Source: Promethearchaeota archaeon
GTDB taxonomy: Archaea; Asgardarchaeota; Lokiarchaeia; Sigyniarchaeales; SOKP01
Length of the DNA stretch: 64,000 bases
NCBI GenBank assembly: GCA_048937405.1
Contig: JBHLNF010000001.1
Location: forward strand, 880,785-944,784
Reading direction: 5' to 3'
Shown: one piece after another, positions 1-11,560 of the stretch
Position numbering within the stretch: the first letter of the stretch is position 1
Layout of the letters: each line of letters begins with the position of its first letter
Made by a program: the position numbers and the translations under genes
Notes under the pieces: model-generated
Seen by the model: the letters and a program-made list of their open reading frames with translations, nothing else
The model's database searches: none
What the model was told of the DNA's origin: nothing

Positions 1-360
1 AAAGATATCTTGGAAAGTTTGAAAAAAACCAACAAATATTTTTAGAAGAGACATAATTTCTAACAGAAATTTTACTTTTAGCCTTATTTATTAAATCCTC
101 ATCTAAATTTTGTCAAAAAAGAACCAGTTTATCAAAAAATTAATAGCTTTATTAATTTAATCTTTGATTTTTAAAATTTTATTAAAAGCTAAATATTCAG
201 AGTTTTCCCATATAATATTTATAATTAAAACTACAATTTTTGAATTGAATGTAAAATTTTTAAATATTCAATTCTAATAATTACAAAGTAATTTATTTTG
301 AATGGAATATCGAAATCTAAATGTATAAATTTTTAATATAACATAAAAGTTGATAAATTA

Positions 361-3105
361 ATGACCGATTGGACAAAAAAGAATATAGCCATTTTACTTA
401 TTGTAATTATAGGTATTGGAAGTGGAGTAGGAGTAGGGATTTTTCTTCTTTTTTTTGATGGATGGCAATCACAAGAGGAGGAGGTATATCCCTGGAGTGC
501 CTCAGACTGTCCAGGTGCTCCAAGTTCTATTACTAGCGATCAAATAATTAAGATTGGATGTGCTGGTGATACAGGAACAATACAAGGTGATGCTAATTAT
601 AATGGAACTTTGTTTGCAGCACAAGAAATAAATGAAGCTGGAGGTATCGATGTTAATGGCGAAACATATTATTTTGGAGTTACCAGTGAAGATACAGATG
701 AATGCAATGTAACCCTCGATATCTCAAGGTCAGTTTCAGCAGCAAAAAGACTTATAAAATATAAAAAAGTTGATTTTGTAACTGGTGGGTTTCGTTCAGA
801 AGCATTAACAACATATGTAGAAGAATTTATGGATGCAAAAACAATTTTTTTTGGTACTGGAGCGCTAGATGATATTTTGTGTAAAAATGTTATTGATGAT
901 TATGACACTTATAAATATTTTTTTAGATTCATGCCCATCAATTCAACTGAATTAGCTTTTCAAATAATAGAAACACTAGTCGATTTTATAATAGAAATTG
1001 AAAATACTTATCCAGAATATGATGTTAGAGAGATTGGCGTCTTAGCAGAAAATTCAGATTGGACAGATCCTATAATAACATTGATAGAAACCTATTTACT
1101 TTATTATTATACCTTAAAAACTGGAATTCCTTTTTGGGAAATGGATGTATTAACACCAATATTATTTGATACTAACATTAATGGATCTGATATGAATATG
1201 CATTTACAATCACTCGAATCAGATGGAGCAGATATTGTAATTCCACTAATTTCTGGCTCAGGTGGCATCTCTATGATGCAACAATATGAACTTAACCAAT
1301 ATGACTATCTTATTTTTGGTGTCGATGAACAATCACAATTAGATACATTTTGGGAAGATAGTGGAGAATCATGCGCATATGAAACAATAATCCAAGGGAT
1401 ATACAGAACCAATATGTCAAACACTACAATTGCTTTTTGGGACGCATTTATCGCAGAATATCCCCATGAACCACTTTATAATGCAGCAGGAGCTTATGAT
1501 GCGGTAAATTGCCTAAAAGATGCGATTGTAGAAACGCAATCATTGGAAACAGATGATATTATTGCTCATATAGAAACATGGACGCCTTCTAATCCCCGTT
1601 CAAGTGTCTTAGGAGTAGGTGCATGGTGGTCAAATTCCCATGACCTGGTTGGCGGATATCCTTATAGATATCCCTTATGGTGTCAATGGCAACCCGATGG
1701 AACTAAGATAGTAATCCCGACTTCCATCTATCCAAATTCTTTAGCAACAGGGAATTATACTATGCCTCCATGGGTTCTCTATAAAGGTATTATACCCGAA
1801 ACATGGGTAACTCCTGGAGTATCTGGTATACCTGAAGAACAATGGATTAAGATCGGGATGATGGGTGATATCGGTGAACTCCAAGGTGATCAAAATTATC
1901 AAGGAGGTTATTTGGCTGCACGAAAAATAAATCAAGAGGGTGGTATTGTTGTTAATGGCACTAGCTATTATGTTGCTGTTGCAGCTGCAGATACAGATGA
2001 GGCTGCTCAAGATTTTTCTACAGCCGCAGGTGTTGCCGCAGCAGATCGGATGATCTACAGTCTGAAATGTCAGTACGCTGTTGGTGGCTCCACAACAGAA
2101 TCCCTCCTTGCTTATCGTGAACCTTTCATGGACAATGATATACCCTTTTTAAGCACTGGAGTAATGGCAGATATCTTCACTGAAAATGTTAGAGATAATT
2201 ATGCACGTTATAATTATTATTGGAGAATTAGTCCTTATAACTCATCATATTCGAGTAGTAGTTTTGTAATAAATACATTATCGTTGTATTCATATCTTCT
2301 AACAATATATGGACCTGATGATATCAATCACATAGGTATATTGGCAGAAGATTTACCTTGGACGGAGGGCATACGAATGGTAATCCCTAGTTATATAGAT
2401 GGTGCGTTCGGAGCAGGAACTGTACCAGCAGGAGGAGTTATTGCTTTTGATCCAGAGGTTACTCCATCAGTTATGAATAGTCATCTTGAAACATTGGAGA
2501 TCGCTGGATGTGATGTTGTACTTATAGCAATTTCAGGAGAAGCAGGGATTGTAATGTCTCAAATGTGGGCAGCAGCAGAACGACCTTTTCTATTATTTGG
2601 TTCTAATCTTCATGCTCAAACAGCGGGATACTGGGAAAAAACTAATGGAGATTGTGAATATGAAATAGGACAAACGACAGCCACAAGATGTAATAAAACC
2701 GTTCATACTATCGAATTTTATGATACGTTTTTTAATGAATTCAATGAACATCCTATTTATATAGGATTTGGTGCTTATGATGCCGTAAATCTAATTGTAG
2801 ACTCAATTGAAAAAACACAATCATTTGATCCAGATGATTTTGTGGCAGATATAGAAACTTATAATACATCCAACCCTAAGCATGGTGGCGCTGGTGGTGA
2901 CCCCGTCGCTTGGAACAGTAATCATGACCTTATTGCAGGGTATCCTTTCTCTTATGGTGTTTGGTTTCAATGGCAAAGTGGAATTAAAACACTCATTCCC
3001 TCATACACACCTTACCTAGCTTTGCCTCCAGAATATCCTAGCACTCTAGCACCAATGGGCACAATGCAATTACCAGATTGGATAACTTGGGACGTAGGGC
3101 CATAG
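361..3105 (+). CDS. Membrane-anchored solute-binding protein with two tandem type I periplasmic-binding (LIV/branched-chain amino acid-like) domains
   Basis: N-terminal hydrophobic anchor; two homologous halves (IKIGCAGDTGTIQGDANYNG..INEAGGI vs IKIGMMGDIGELQGDQNYQG..INQEGGI; GAYDAVN and HDL.GYP in both). Confidence 0.85.
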   Translation: MTDWTKKNIAILLIVIIGIGSGVGVGIFLLFFDGWQSQEEEVYPWSASDCPGAPSSITSDQIIKIGCAGDTGTIQGDANYNGTLFAAQEINEAGGIDVNGETYYFGVTSEDTDECNVTLDISRSVSAAKRLIKYKKVDFVTGGFRSEALTTYVEEFMDAKTIFFGTGALDDILCKNVIDDYDTYKYFFRFMPINSTELAFQIIETLVDFIIEIENTYPEYDVREIGVLAENSDWTDPIITLIETYLLYYYTLKTGIPFWEMDVLTPILFDTNINGSDMNMHLQSLESDGADIVIPLISGSGGISMMQQYELNQYDYLIFGVDEQSQLDTFWEDSGESCAYETIIQGIYRTNMSNTTIAFWDAFIAEYPHEPLYNAAGAYDAVNCLKDAIVETQSLETDDIIAHIETWTPSNPRSSVLGVGAWWSNSHDLVGGYPYRYPLWCQWQPDGTKIVIPTSIYPNSLATGNYTMPPWVLYKGIIPETWVTPGVSGIPEEQWIKIGMMGDIGELQGDQNYQGGYLAARKINQEGGIVVNGTSYYVAVAAADTDEAAQDFSTAAGVAAADRMIYSLKCQYAVGGSTTESLLAYREPFMDNDIPFLSTGVMADIFTENVRDNYARYNYYWRISPYNSSYSSSSFVINTLSLYSYLLTIYGPDDINHIGILAEDLPWTEGIRMVIPSYIDGAFGAGTVPAGGVIAFDPEVTPSVMNSHLETLEIAGCDVVLIAISGEAGIVMSQMWAAAERPFLLFGSNLHAQTAGYWEKTNGDCEYEIGQTTATRCNKTVHTIEFYDTFFNEFNEHPIYIGFGAYDAVNLIVDSIEKTQSFDPDDFVADIETYNTSNPKHGGAGGDPVAWNSNHDLIAGYPFSYGVWFQWQSGIKTLIPSYTPYLALPPEYPSTLAPMGTMQLPDWITWDVGP

Positions 3106-3474
3106 GTTAAAAATCATTTGAAACCAATAATAAAATATTTTATAAAAAATTCTTTTTTTTTTCCATTTTAAGTAATAACCACCTTACAAAAATACATAAG
3201 TTCATTAAGGTAATAGAAAATTTTATCTTGGCTAAATCCTTTTTTTATTTAATATCTCAACTCCTTATATAAATTAAAATAGCTCCAAACTCTACTTATA
3301 CGGCTAATTATTAGAGTATTTTATCAAATTTTTAAAAAAAACGAGTATATTTGCTAATTAATAGTTCTATTAAAATTATTAGAAAACTTTTTTACTCTTA
3401 ATCTATTAAAATGTAAGGTAATCATTTTTTTATAATTCAAACAAATAGCTTTAAAACTAGGGTATTTACGGGCA

Positions 3475-4662
3475 ATGAGTGATATTTATGAATTAGTAAA
3501 ACGATATCCTTGGCTCCCTTCTCTAAAAAAGTACTATTCTGATATAGCTTCAAGAAATCCTTTAGATTTTATTAATGACGTTTTTACATCTGATAAATCT
3601 GAGGATCTACAATCTAGAGTTTTAACTATATTCAACGATGCATTTAATAATATTGAACAGCTATCGGAATATGAGCTCGATGAGACAAATATTTATGTTT
3701 ACTTAATATTAAGAATTATCCTTTATATTTTAAATAACAAAATAATTTCTAATCGAATAGCAAACATCTATTCAAAAACCACATTCAATGAGTTAAATAA
3801 AGAAAATGAATATAATCTATATTATATTTACCAAGATCTAAATTTAGAAGTAATTTATGAAGAACACCCAATAGTCTATAAAAAACTAGTCATAAAAGAA
3901 CAACAAGAACTATTTAAAACGAATTTTAAGATATCTTATTTAGATTATTTAAAACTTGCTTCTAATCTAAAGGATGAATATCGAAAATTAGTAAATAATG
4001 CACTTCTAAAGGGTTATTTATATACTAAACCTGAAAATATTAATAGATTGTTGCAGGAATATGTTCGTTTAAAATTTTTAACTCAAAATAATGAAATTTC
4101 TGCGGAAATTAAAAATTTAAAAGAAACTCTATTAAAAATTCAGGAGTTCAAAAAACTATTTGATAATATAACAGCTATTTGGGATTTAAAAAAAGAAGAT
4201 TTTGAATACGCAGTTAATATTACCTTTAAAGAAGGAAAAGATATTTCAAATTTATTTCCACCTTGTGTAAGAGAAATACTTTCAAAAGCCCAAGAGGGTC
4301 AAAATTTAATACATACTGAAAGACTTTATATTTTATGGATCTTAAATTCACTTGAATATCCTCAGGATAAGATAGTCAATGTATTTTCTACATTACCTGA
4401 TTTTGATGAAGAAAAAACTATTTACCAAGTTAAATATGCTATGAAAAAAGGATATACTCCCTATTCATGCAAATCGTTAAAATCCTATAATTTATGCTTA
4501 GCAAAAAAGTATAATGATGAATTATGTCTAAAGGGGTATTTTTCAAGATTACAAGATACACAAAAAGAAATTTCACATCCTCTTAAATATATAGAAGTCA
4601 AACAATATCGTGACTCTAAGAAATTAAAAAATACAAAAGAACAAACTCTAGATAAACAATGA
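3475..4662 (+). CDS. priL: DNA primase large subunit
   Basis: FPPC, GQNL.H.ER, YQV, YTPYSC..L...NLC and HPL Fe-S domain motifs; overlaps priS start. Confidence 0.9.
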   Translation: MSDIYELVKRYPWLPSLKKYYSDIASRNPLDFINDVFTSDKSEDLQSRVLTIFNDAFNNIEQLSEYELDETNIYVYLILRIILYILNNKIISNRIANIYSKTTFNELNKENEYNLYYIYQDLNLEVIYEEHPIVYKKLVIKEQQELFKTNFKISYLDYLKLASNLKDEYRKLVNNALLKGYLYTKPENINRLLQEYVRLKFLTQNNEISAEIKNLKETLLKIQEFKKLFDNITAIWDLKKEDFEYAVNITFKEGKDISNLFPPCVREILSKAQEGQNLIHTERLYILWILNSLEYPQDKIVNVFSTLPDFDEEKTIYQVKYAMKKGYTPYSCKSLKSYNLCLAKKYNDELCLKGYFSRLQDTQKEISHPLKYIEVKQYRDSKKLKNTKEQTLDKQ

Positions 4663-5942
4663 ATTCTAACGATTACCTAAAACGCAGATTTAAGGAATAT
4701 TATAAAGATAATAGAGATAAGATTCCTTTTGTCAGTTTGTTTAATAAAAGAGAATTTGGATTTATTCCATGGGATCATCAAATAAGAATGATAAGACATA
4801 TGGGTTTTGCAAATGGAGAAAATTTTATACAACATTTAATAAATAACGGACCCAGACATGTTTATTCGAGTGGTTCTATTTATAACAATCCGGAGAACCA
4901 GGATATGATAAAGAAAGGATATGAAGGTTGTGATTTCATTATTGATATTGATGTTGATCACTTTTATACTCCATGTAAAGAAGATCATGATATATGGTAT
5001 TGTAAAGAATGTGGGAAAAATGGTAAGGGAATGATAAAAAAATGTCCAAAATGTGGGAAGTCAAAACTTAAGAAAATAGCGTGGATATGTGAAGATTGCT
5101 TAAATGCGGCCAAAAACGAGATAATCAAGTTAATTTATGATTTTTTATTACCTGATTTCAACATCGATCTTAAAAAAATAAAAATTGCTTTTTCTGGACA
5201 TAGAGGATATCATATGAAAATTGAAGATCATAATCTTAGATTACTATCAAGTGATGAACGTAGAGAAATAATTGACTATATTACAGGAGAAGGTATTTCT
5301 TTTGAAATTTTAGGTTTAAGAAAAATTGGAGATATTGTTTTTGGCTTTTCAAAAGAAACAATTGGTTGGTCTCAAAAAATTACCAGAGAAATTGAAAAGA
5401 TTTTAAAAATGTCGAGTGTTGAAATTGAGACTCTATTATCAGATAAAAGAAAGTTTAAGCTAAATCAAAATTTTATTGAAAATTTTCTTAACTATAAAGA
5501 TAATTTCCTCAAGATAATTAAGAGTAGTAACATGAATAATTGGACTCTTGTAAGTTCAAACATAAATACTTGGTATAATTTTCTGAAACCAATTGCTGAT
5601 CAAATTGGAATTGAAGTTGATGTACCCGTATCAATAGATATCCATAGACTTATCAGGTATCCTGGATCTTTACATGGGAAAACAGGTTTTAAAGTTCAAG
5701 AGTTATTACTTGATGAAATCGAGATATTTAATCCCTTAGATGAACAAACTGAGAAATTAGATCCAATCGTTTTTGTTAGTAAAGTAAAAACAACTCAAAA
5801 ATTAGAAATTATTGAATCTGATGTACCAGCAACAAAAATTAAAGGTGAAACCTATGGACCATATCAATTAGGTGAGAAAATAGAGGTTCCTCATCATATT
5901 GCAGTTTTTTTATTATGCAAGGGAGTTGCCAAATCGAATTAA
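4659..5942 (+). CDS. priS: DNA primase small (catalytic) subunit with Zn-ribbon insert
   Basis: REFGF, DIDVD, FSGHRGYH and DIHRLIRYPGSLHGKTG motifs; CxxC..CxxC insert. Confidence 0.95.
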   Translation: MNSNDYLKRRFKEYYKDNRDKIPFVSLFNKREFGFIPWDHQIRMIRHMGFANGENFIQHLINNGPRHVYSSGSIYNNPENQDMIKKGYEGCDFIIDIDVDHFYTPCKEDHDIWYCKECGKNGKGMIKKCPKCGKSKLKKIAWICEDCLNAAKNEIIKLIYDFLLPDFNIDLKKIKIAFSGHRGYHMKIEDHNLRLLSSDERREIIDYITGEGISFEILGLRKIGDIVFGFSKETIGWSQKITREIEKILKMSSVEIETLLSDKRKFKLNQNFIENFLNYKDNFLKIIKSSNMNNWTLVSSNINTWYNFLKPIADQIGIEVDVPVSIDIHRLIRYPGSLHGKTGFKVQELLLDEIEIFNPLDEQTEKLDPIVFVSKVKTTQKLEIIESDVPATKIKGETYGPYQLGEKIEVPHHIAVFLLCKGVAKSN

Positions 5943-5996
5943 GTTAAAAGATTTAAACTTAAGAATACTGTTAATTATAATAAAGTAATAAATTCG

Positions 5997-6668
5997 ATGT
6001 TTATGGATTTAAAAATAGACTATGAAAAATTATATCAACAATGGCTTGATGAATTCCATCAAACCAATTTAACTGAGTTAAATCAGGAAATTTTTAGCTA
6101 TTACAAGAATAATTTGAATCTTATCAACGATTATAAGGAAGAAAATCCTAATGAACTAAAAGAAGATATACTAAGGGTTTATAAAGATAATTTTACCTTT
6201 TTATTTAACGATTTATTAAAGCTGAGGGAAGTAAAAATCATAAATTCTGCCTTGAATTTAAAAGAAATTAATTTAAAGAATGTTATTGAATCAGAAAAGT
6301 TACTTTATCAGAATTTGGTTGCCGCAATCAAGGGATTTAAAAAAGTACAAGCTCTCTCTATTTTAGAAGAAGAAAAAAAGAATCTTGATGATTTAATTAA
6401 ATCAGAAATAAGGAAAAAAGAAGGAATTGTAGAAGAATCACTTTCTATTGAGAAAGAAAAAACCATCATTTCGGAATCAGACGAAGTTATTAATAAAAGA
6501 AAAACTGAATATACTTTAGTTAGGTTCTTAAAAAAGACCCCTCCTTTAGTAGGTATTGATCTTATTAATTATGGACCATTTGAGAAGGAAGATATTGCGA
6601 ACCTGCCTAAAGAAAATGTAAATATACTTTTATCCGAAAGTGTTGTAGAAGAAATAGAACTTCCCTAA
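5997..6668 (+). CDS. GINS complex subunit (Gins15/Gins51 type)
   Basis: Follows priS; C-terminal B-domain VRFLK..P..VG.D...YGPF..EDIA.LP..N. Confidence 0.85.
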   Translation: MFMDLKIDYEKLYQQWLDEFHQTNLTELNQEIFSYYKNNLNLINDYKEENPNELKEDILRVYKDNFTFLFNDLLKLREVKIINSALNLKEINLKNVIESEKLLYQNLVAAIKGFKKVQALSILEEEKKNLDDLIKSEIRKKEGIVEESLSIEKEKTIISESDEVINKRKTEYTLVRFLKKTPPLVGIDLINYGPFEKEDIANLPKENVNILLSESVVEEIELP

Positions 6669-6856
6669 CTATTTTTGAATTTTTTATCAAATTCTTCCTT
6701 AAAATATTCCAATCGATACTTCCCATATTTATCAATAGGAGAATACTTCGGAGGTCTAGGATTAATTAATCTCCCTCCACAATGATGACATTTTGATTCA
6801 GGATTCTGTAATCCATATCTATTACAATTTTCACACTTTTGAAGGTATTTTGTCAT
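6665..6856 (-). CDS. nop10: H/ACA RNP protein Nop10
   Basis: CxxC..CxxC and PPKYSP.DKYGKYR; downstream of aIF2a. Confidence 0.92.
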   Translation of the reverse strand: MTKYLQKCENCNRYGLQNPESKCHHCGGRLINPRPPKYSPIDKYGKYRLEYFKEEFDKKFKNS

Positions 6857-6880
6857 CTCTCACTATAAGATATGTTAAAA

Positions 6881-7702
6881 TTAATCTCTTATGAATTCAA
6901 ATTGACCATTATATTTTTCTGCTTTCTGTTCAATAATCTCCAAAGCATCGGATAAGATATTTTCAGCATCTAAATAATCCTTTGAAACCACTTCTAATCG
7001 ATAAAAGGGAGCTGCTATATAGTTTATATTTATATTTCTAGATGGCTTTTGCTCTATTACATTCTTAGCTTCTGTTAATGATTCTTTGATTTGATTTATC
7101 CCATTTTCTGAGGTAAAAGTAAGTTTAACTTTACCAGATATGCTTACTGTTGAAATACTAACATTTTCCTCAATTATTTTTAATAATGCTAATTTAATAT
7201 CATCAGTTATCCCTTCTAAATGAGATAAAATTTCTTCCCCACTTTCTTTAAGACTTTCAATAGTCTCTTGATAGGAATTAAAAAGGTCGAGAACTGGAAA
7301 ACCAATTAATTCATAAGCTTCATCTAGCGTTAAATTGATTCCTTCTGTCTCAGTAAGAAACTGTAGTAAATTCTCATATTTTAAGGCATACTTCCATTCT
7401 TTTATTCGATTTTCCCTTTGAGCAGAATTAACTCTTCTTAATGATAAATCAACATGTCCTTTATGGGCATCAACTCTCAATACTCGAAGAACAATTCTCT
7501 GACCAATCCGAGCATAATTACGAATATTCTTTATCCATCGAGAACTTATTTCTGAAATATGTATCATCCCCCTAGCGTTCTCTTCAGAATCCAAACCTTC
7601 AAAATCAATTAAATTAACATATACATATTGATCTTGTACTTCGGTTACCTTAGCTACGACGAATTCACCTTCCCGAGGGAATCTTGTTTTACTTTTTACC
7701 AT
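6881..7702 (-). CDS. eif2a: Translation initiation factor 2 alpha subunit
   Basis: S1 domain FP.EGEFVV..V, HISEIS.RWIKNIR, GHVDLSLRRV; C-terminal YIAAP.YR. Confidence 0.95.
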   Translation of the reverse strand: MVKSKTRFPREGEFVVAKVTEVQDQYVYVNLIDFEGLDSEENARGMIHISEISSRWIKNIRNYARIGQRIVLRVLRVDAHKGHVDLSLRRVNSAQRENRIKEWKYALKYENLLQFLTETEGINLTLDEAYELIGFPVLDLFNSYQETIESLKESGEEILSHLEGITDDIKLALLKIIEENVSISTVSISGKVKLTFTSENGINQIKESLTEAKNVIEQKPSRNININYIAAPFYRLEVVSKDYLDAENILSDALEIIEQKAEKYNGQFEFIRD

Positions 7703-8033
7703 TATATCTAGAAAACTATAGTTTATTATTTAATTTTTATAAATTCTTATTTCTAACTAAGGAACTATAATTTTTTATCTTTTTCATCTTTCAAACAAAA
7801 ATAATATAAAATCTATAGTTACAAAATTCCCAATAGATTTATTCACAATAAATAAGCTAAAAAAGAGGATTTTGAGAATAAAATTGTGAATTTGCTAAAA
7901 AGAACATTAAAACTTGCTCTTAATTAGATTTTCTGTCAATAATATGATAAGGATTTTGAAGATATAATGTTAAAATTTTAGATCAACAACGTTGGCATTA
8001 TATTTAAAAGGAAAAAATAAATGAGCTTATATT

Positions 8034-9899
8034 CTAAACATATTCAGATATCCACTCTACGTCTAATTCATCTAATTTAGCCTTTGTAGGTATCCCTTCA
8101 TCTGTCCAGCCCATCATCTTATAATACATCAAAATCGCATTCTTTAGTTTTTCTGGCTCAATAATTATTTCTGCAAGTGCTCCTGATGTATGAGGTTGGA
8201 AAAATCTCTCAGGTAGCCAATCATCATTTTTAGAAAACCCTTCTCTTATATTAAAAACCCTCGCCATTGTGGTAATTCTCTCTCCGACTTTCATTAATTC
8301 CCAAGATGAATTATACCAACCAGTTACAGCTCTAACAATCTCTGGTATATCAAGATAATCCCAAGGCAAAAAATAACAAATTAATAAGGCATTAAATACA
8401 TTTCTCCAATTCGAGTAATATACAAGAAGACGAATTTTTTTTGCACTCAAGTCATTTAGCTCCATTGGCTCTAATATCCCTATCGTATTATGAAGTGCTA
8501 TAGCTCTATCAGTGGTGAAAGAATTATCATGCATATTTGTCATATGTTCAGCTCCAGTCGGTGAAATTGTGTATCCAACTCCTAATCCCTGTTTATATCG
8601 AGGCTCATGCATGGGAATTTCTTGCCCCTTAACATGCATAGCAAAATTTTCAGCACCATTTTTTATTATCTCTGCTGCTTTTTTGACACCTTCAGCTAGA
8701 ATATTTCCTAAACCTTTACGTTTAGCAATCATTTCAACCAATTGAATCATTGCTTCAGCATCTCCAAAATCCAATTTTATTCCATTTATATCTTTATCAG
8801 TCAGAATTCCATTCTCATAACACTCCATTGCAAATCCTATAGAAACACCTGTAGAGATAGTATCTAATGAATATTTATTACAGAGTTCATTTGCTTTACA
8901 AACTGCCTTTAAATCATCTATTCCGCAATTAGAACCAAACGCAGCTATTGATTCATATTCAGGACCCCCATAAAGTGGATCCACCTCCCAAGGCTCTTTA
9001 ATATATACATTTTTTTTACATCGTAGAGAACAAGCATAGCACGCATCCATAGTAAGATTAATTTCTTCTTTCATAATTCCAGGATCTAAAGTTTTTGCTC
9101 CTGAAAAATTACCATCTCGAAAATTTCTTGTGGGAAGATTACCTGTATTTGCAAACATTTCCATTATCCCTCCTCCTGTACCATGCTCAAAATAACGAGC
9201 ACTAGTTTTATACCCTACATCATGATATTCTTTAATTTTAGCTCTCAGTTTCTTTTTATCACTTACTTCAAGTCTATTATGTCCTCTAACAGCTATTGCT
9301 TTTAAGTTCTTAGAACCCATTACCGCACCCATACCACCTCGACCAGCAGCATTTCTTAAATCATTTATAACACATGCATAACGGACTAATCGTTCTCCTC
9401 CAGGTCCGATTTGCGCAACACGGATCAGATTATCCCCTAATTCTTTTTGAATATTTTTTTGTGCTTCTCCAGTTGTCATGCCCCAAAGATAAGTTGCATC
9501 TCTTATTTCTACAACGCCATCATTTATCCATAAATAAACTGGATTTCTTGCTCTTCCTTCTACAATTATTGCATCAAATCCAGCATGCTTAAGCTCAGCT
9601 CCCCAATGACCACCAACTTCCGCTTCACCAAATCCTCCTGTTAGAGGAGATTTTGCTCCAACGCTATTTCTACCCGTGCCAGGTATTGCAAATCCAGTTA
9701 AAGGACCAGTAGCGAAGATAAGTTTATTTTCTGGAGATAAAGGGTCAATATCTACTTTTAGTTCCTTCAGAAGGTAATATGCTACAAATCCTTCCCCTCC
9801 AATATATCTTCGACAGAAAATTTCATCAAGATTTTCGGTAGAAGTTTCTTCTTTTGTTAGATTTACCCTTAAAAGCTTTCTAGCATATCCATTTACCAT
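8034..9899 (-). CDS. Tungsten-dependent aldehyde:ferredoxin oxidoreductase family protein
   Basis: KSPLTGG, AAGRGGMGAVMGSKNLKAIAV, CxxCxxxC, GPEYES and DTISTG motifs. Confidence 0.93.
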   Translation of the reverse strand: MVNGYARKLLRVNLTKEETSTENLDEIFCRRYIGGEGFVAYYLLKELKVDIDPLSPENKLIFATGPLTGFAIPGTGRNSVGAKSPLTGGFGEAEVGGHWGAELKHAGFDAIIVEGRARNPVYLWINDGVVEIRDATYLWGMTTGEAQKNIQKELGDNLIRVAQIGPGGERLVRYACVINDLRNAAGRGGMGAVMGSKNLKAIAVRGHNRLEVSDKKKLRAKIKEYHDVGYKTSARYFEHGTGGGIMEMFANTGNLPTRNFRDGNFSGAKTLDPGIMKEEINLTMDACYACSLRCKKNVYIKEPWEVDPLYGGPEYESIAAFGSNCGIDDLKAVCKANELCNKYSLDTISTGVSIGFAMECYENGILTDKDINGIKLDFGDAEAMIQLVEMIAKRKGLGNILAEGVKKAAEIIKNGAENFAMHVKGQEIPMHEPRYKQGLGVGYTISPTGAEHMTNMHDNSFTTDRAIALHNTIGILEPMELNDLSAKKIRLLVYYSNWRNVFNALLICYFLPWDYLDIPEIVRAVTGWYNSSWELMKVGERITTMARVFNIREGFSKNDDWLPERFFQPHTSGALAEIIIEPEKLKNAILMYYKMMGWTDEGIPTKAKLDELDVEWISEYV

Positions 9900-10261
9900 A
9901 TGAAACCCATTTGTCAGGTTTAATTTTTTATAGTTGGTTAAATTTCGACTTATTTATAACTCTTGTTTCAATGAAGTCTAGATGTTAAAATAATTGTCTA
10001 GAATTATAATTAATAATGAAATTTGCTAATTTATAGTTTGAAACATTGTATTTTTTCTGAAGTATAAAATGATTTCAAACTACTGAAAATACTTTGCTAT
10101 TTAAAGCATTGATAATATTTCAATACAATAGTTATTAATAATTGATAATTTCGCTGAAATATAGTAAAAAATATAAATTCAACAACATTTACAATTAACA
10201 TCTAATAAAAATTTTCATGCAAAATTAAATAAAATATAGTTAATAATTAATGTGATTTAAA

Positions 10262-11560
10262 ATGAGTTCTAAAACAAAGGACCATTTAAACTTGGTAATT
10301 ATTGGACACATTGATCACGGGAAATCTACAATGATGGGAGCAATGCTCATTGAAACAGGAGCGGTAACTGATAGAGAAGCTCGTGAGTTGGAAAAACTCG
10401 CAAAGGAATATGACAGAGATTCCTGGTCATACGCTTTTGTTTTTGATAGACTAAAGGAGGAAAGACAAAGAGGGATAACTATCGATCTTGCCTTCCGCAA
10501 ATTTGAAACTAAAACAAAATATTTTACAATTATCGACGCACCAGGTCACGCTGATTTCGTTAAAAACATGATCACAGGTGCTTCGCAAGCTGATGCAGCT
10601 ATCTTAGTCGTTTCTGGAAAGAAAGGTGAAATGGAAGTTGGAATCGCTGCTAATGGGCAAACTCGAGAACATGCATACTTAGCTCAAACCTTAGGAATAA
10701 AACAACTTGTAGTAGCGGTTAATAAAGCTGATGTTTATGAATATTCACAAGATCGATTTAACGAATGTAAAGAATCTGTTGGTGATCTTCTTAAAAGTAT
10801 TGGATTTAAAGATGTTAAATTTATTCCAACTAGTGGAATGGCAATGGAGAATTTATCAAAGAAAAGCGATAAATTGTCTTGGTATGACGGACCAACATTA
10901 ATAGATGCAATTGATCAATTTACTCTTCCTGAGAAACCAACTGGCAAACCTTTAAGACTTCCAATTCAAGATGCTTATAGGATTAAAGGAACTGGAGTAG
11001 TGCCTGTTGGTCGGGTAGAAACAGGAATCTTAAAGAAAGGAGATAAAATAATTATCATGCCAACTGGATTTCAAGGAGAAATTCGATCTATTGAAATGCA
11101 TCATGAAGAAATTCCACAAGCAATTCCTGGTGACAACGTAGGTTTCAGTATTAGGGGTATTACTTTAGCAGATGCAAGTCGCGGCGATTGTTTAGGTCAC
11201 CCGTCTAATGTACCAACAGTGATTACTCCTAATGGAAAGTGGACAGGACAGATCATTGTTATTTGGCATCCTACAGCACTAGCTCAAGGTTATACTCCAG
11301 TAATTCACGCACATACAGCACAAGTAGCTGCAAAATTCTCTAGCTTAGTTAAAAAATTAGATCAGAAGACTGGTGCTGTTATTGAAGATTCGCCAAAATT
11401 TCTTAAGAAAAATGAATCCGCTATTGTAGAGTTAACTCCGATTAAGAAAATGTGTCTTGAAAAATATGAAGATATTCCCGAAATGGGTCGATTTGCTGTA
11501 CGAGATATGGGAAGAACTGTAGCAGTGGGTATAGTTAAAGATATCGACACTGGCGCATAA
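10262..11560 (+). CDS. tuf: Elongation factor 1-alpha
   Basis: GHIDHGKS, RGITID, DAPGH, NKAD, RFAVRDMG. Confidence 0.97.
   Translation: MSSKTKDHLNLVIIGHIDHGKSTMMGAMLIETGAVTDREARELEKLAKEYDRDSWSYAFVFDRLKEERQRGITIDLAFRKFETKTKYFTIIDAPGHADFVKNMITGASQADAAILVVSGKKGEMEVGIAANGQTREHAYLAQTLGIKQLVVAVNKADVYEYSQDRFNECKESVGDLLKSIGFKDVKFIPTSGMAMENLSKKSDKLSWYDGPTLIDAIDQFTLPEKPTGKPLRLPIQDAYRIKGTGVVPVGRVETGILKKGDKIIIMPTGFQGEIRSIEMHHEEIPQAIPGDNVGFSIRGITLADASRGDCLGHPSNVPTVITPNGKWTGQIIVIWHPTALAQGYTPVIHAHTAQVAAKFSSLVKKLDQKTGAVIEDSPKFLKKNESAIVELTPIKKMCLEKYEDIPEMGRFAVRDMGRTVAVGIVKDIDTGA

Noticed and set aside
1-56. Possible 3' end of an upstream CDS
   Set aside because: Too short to support.
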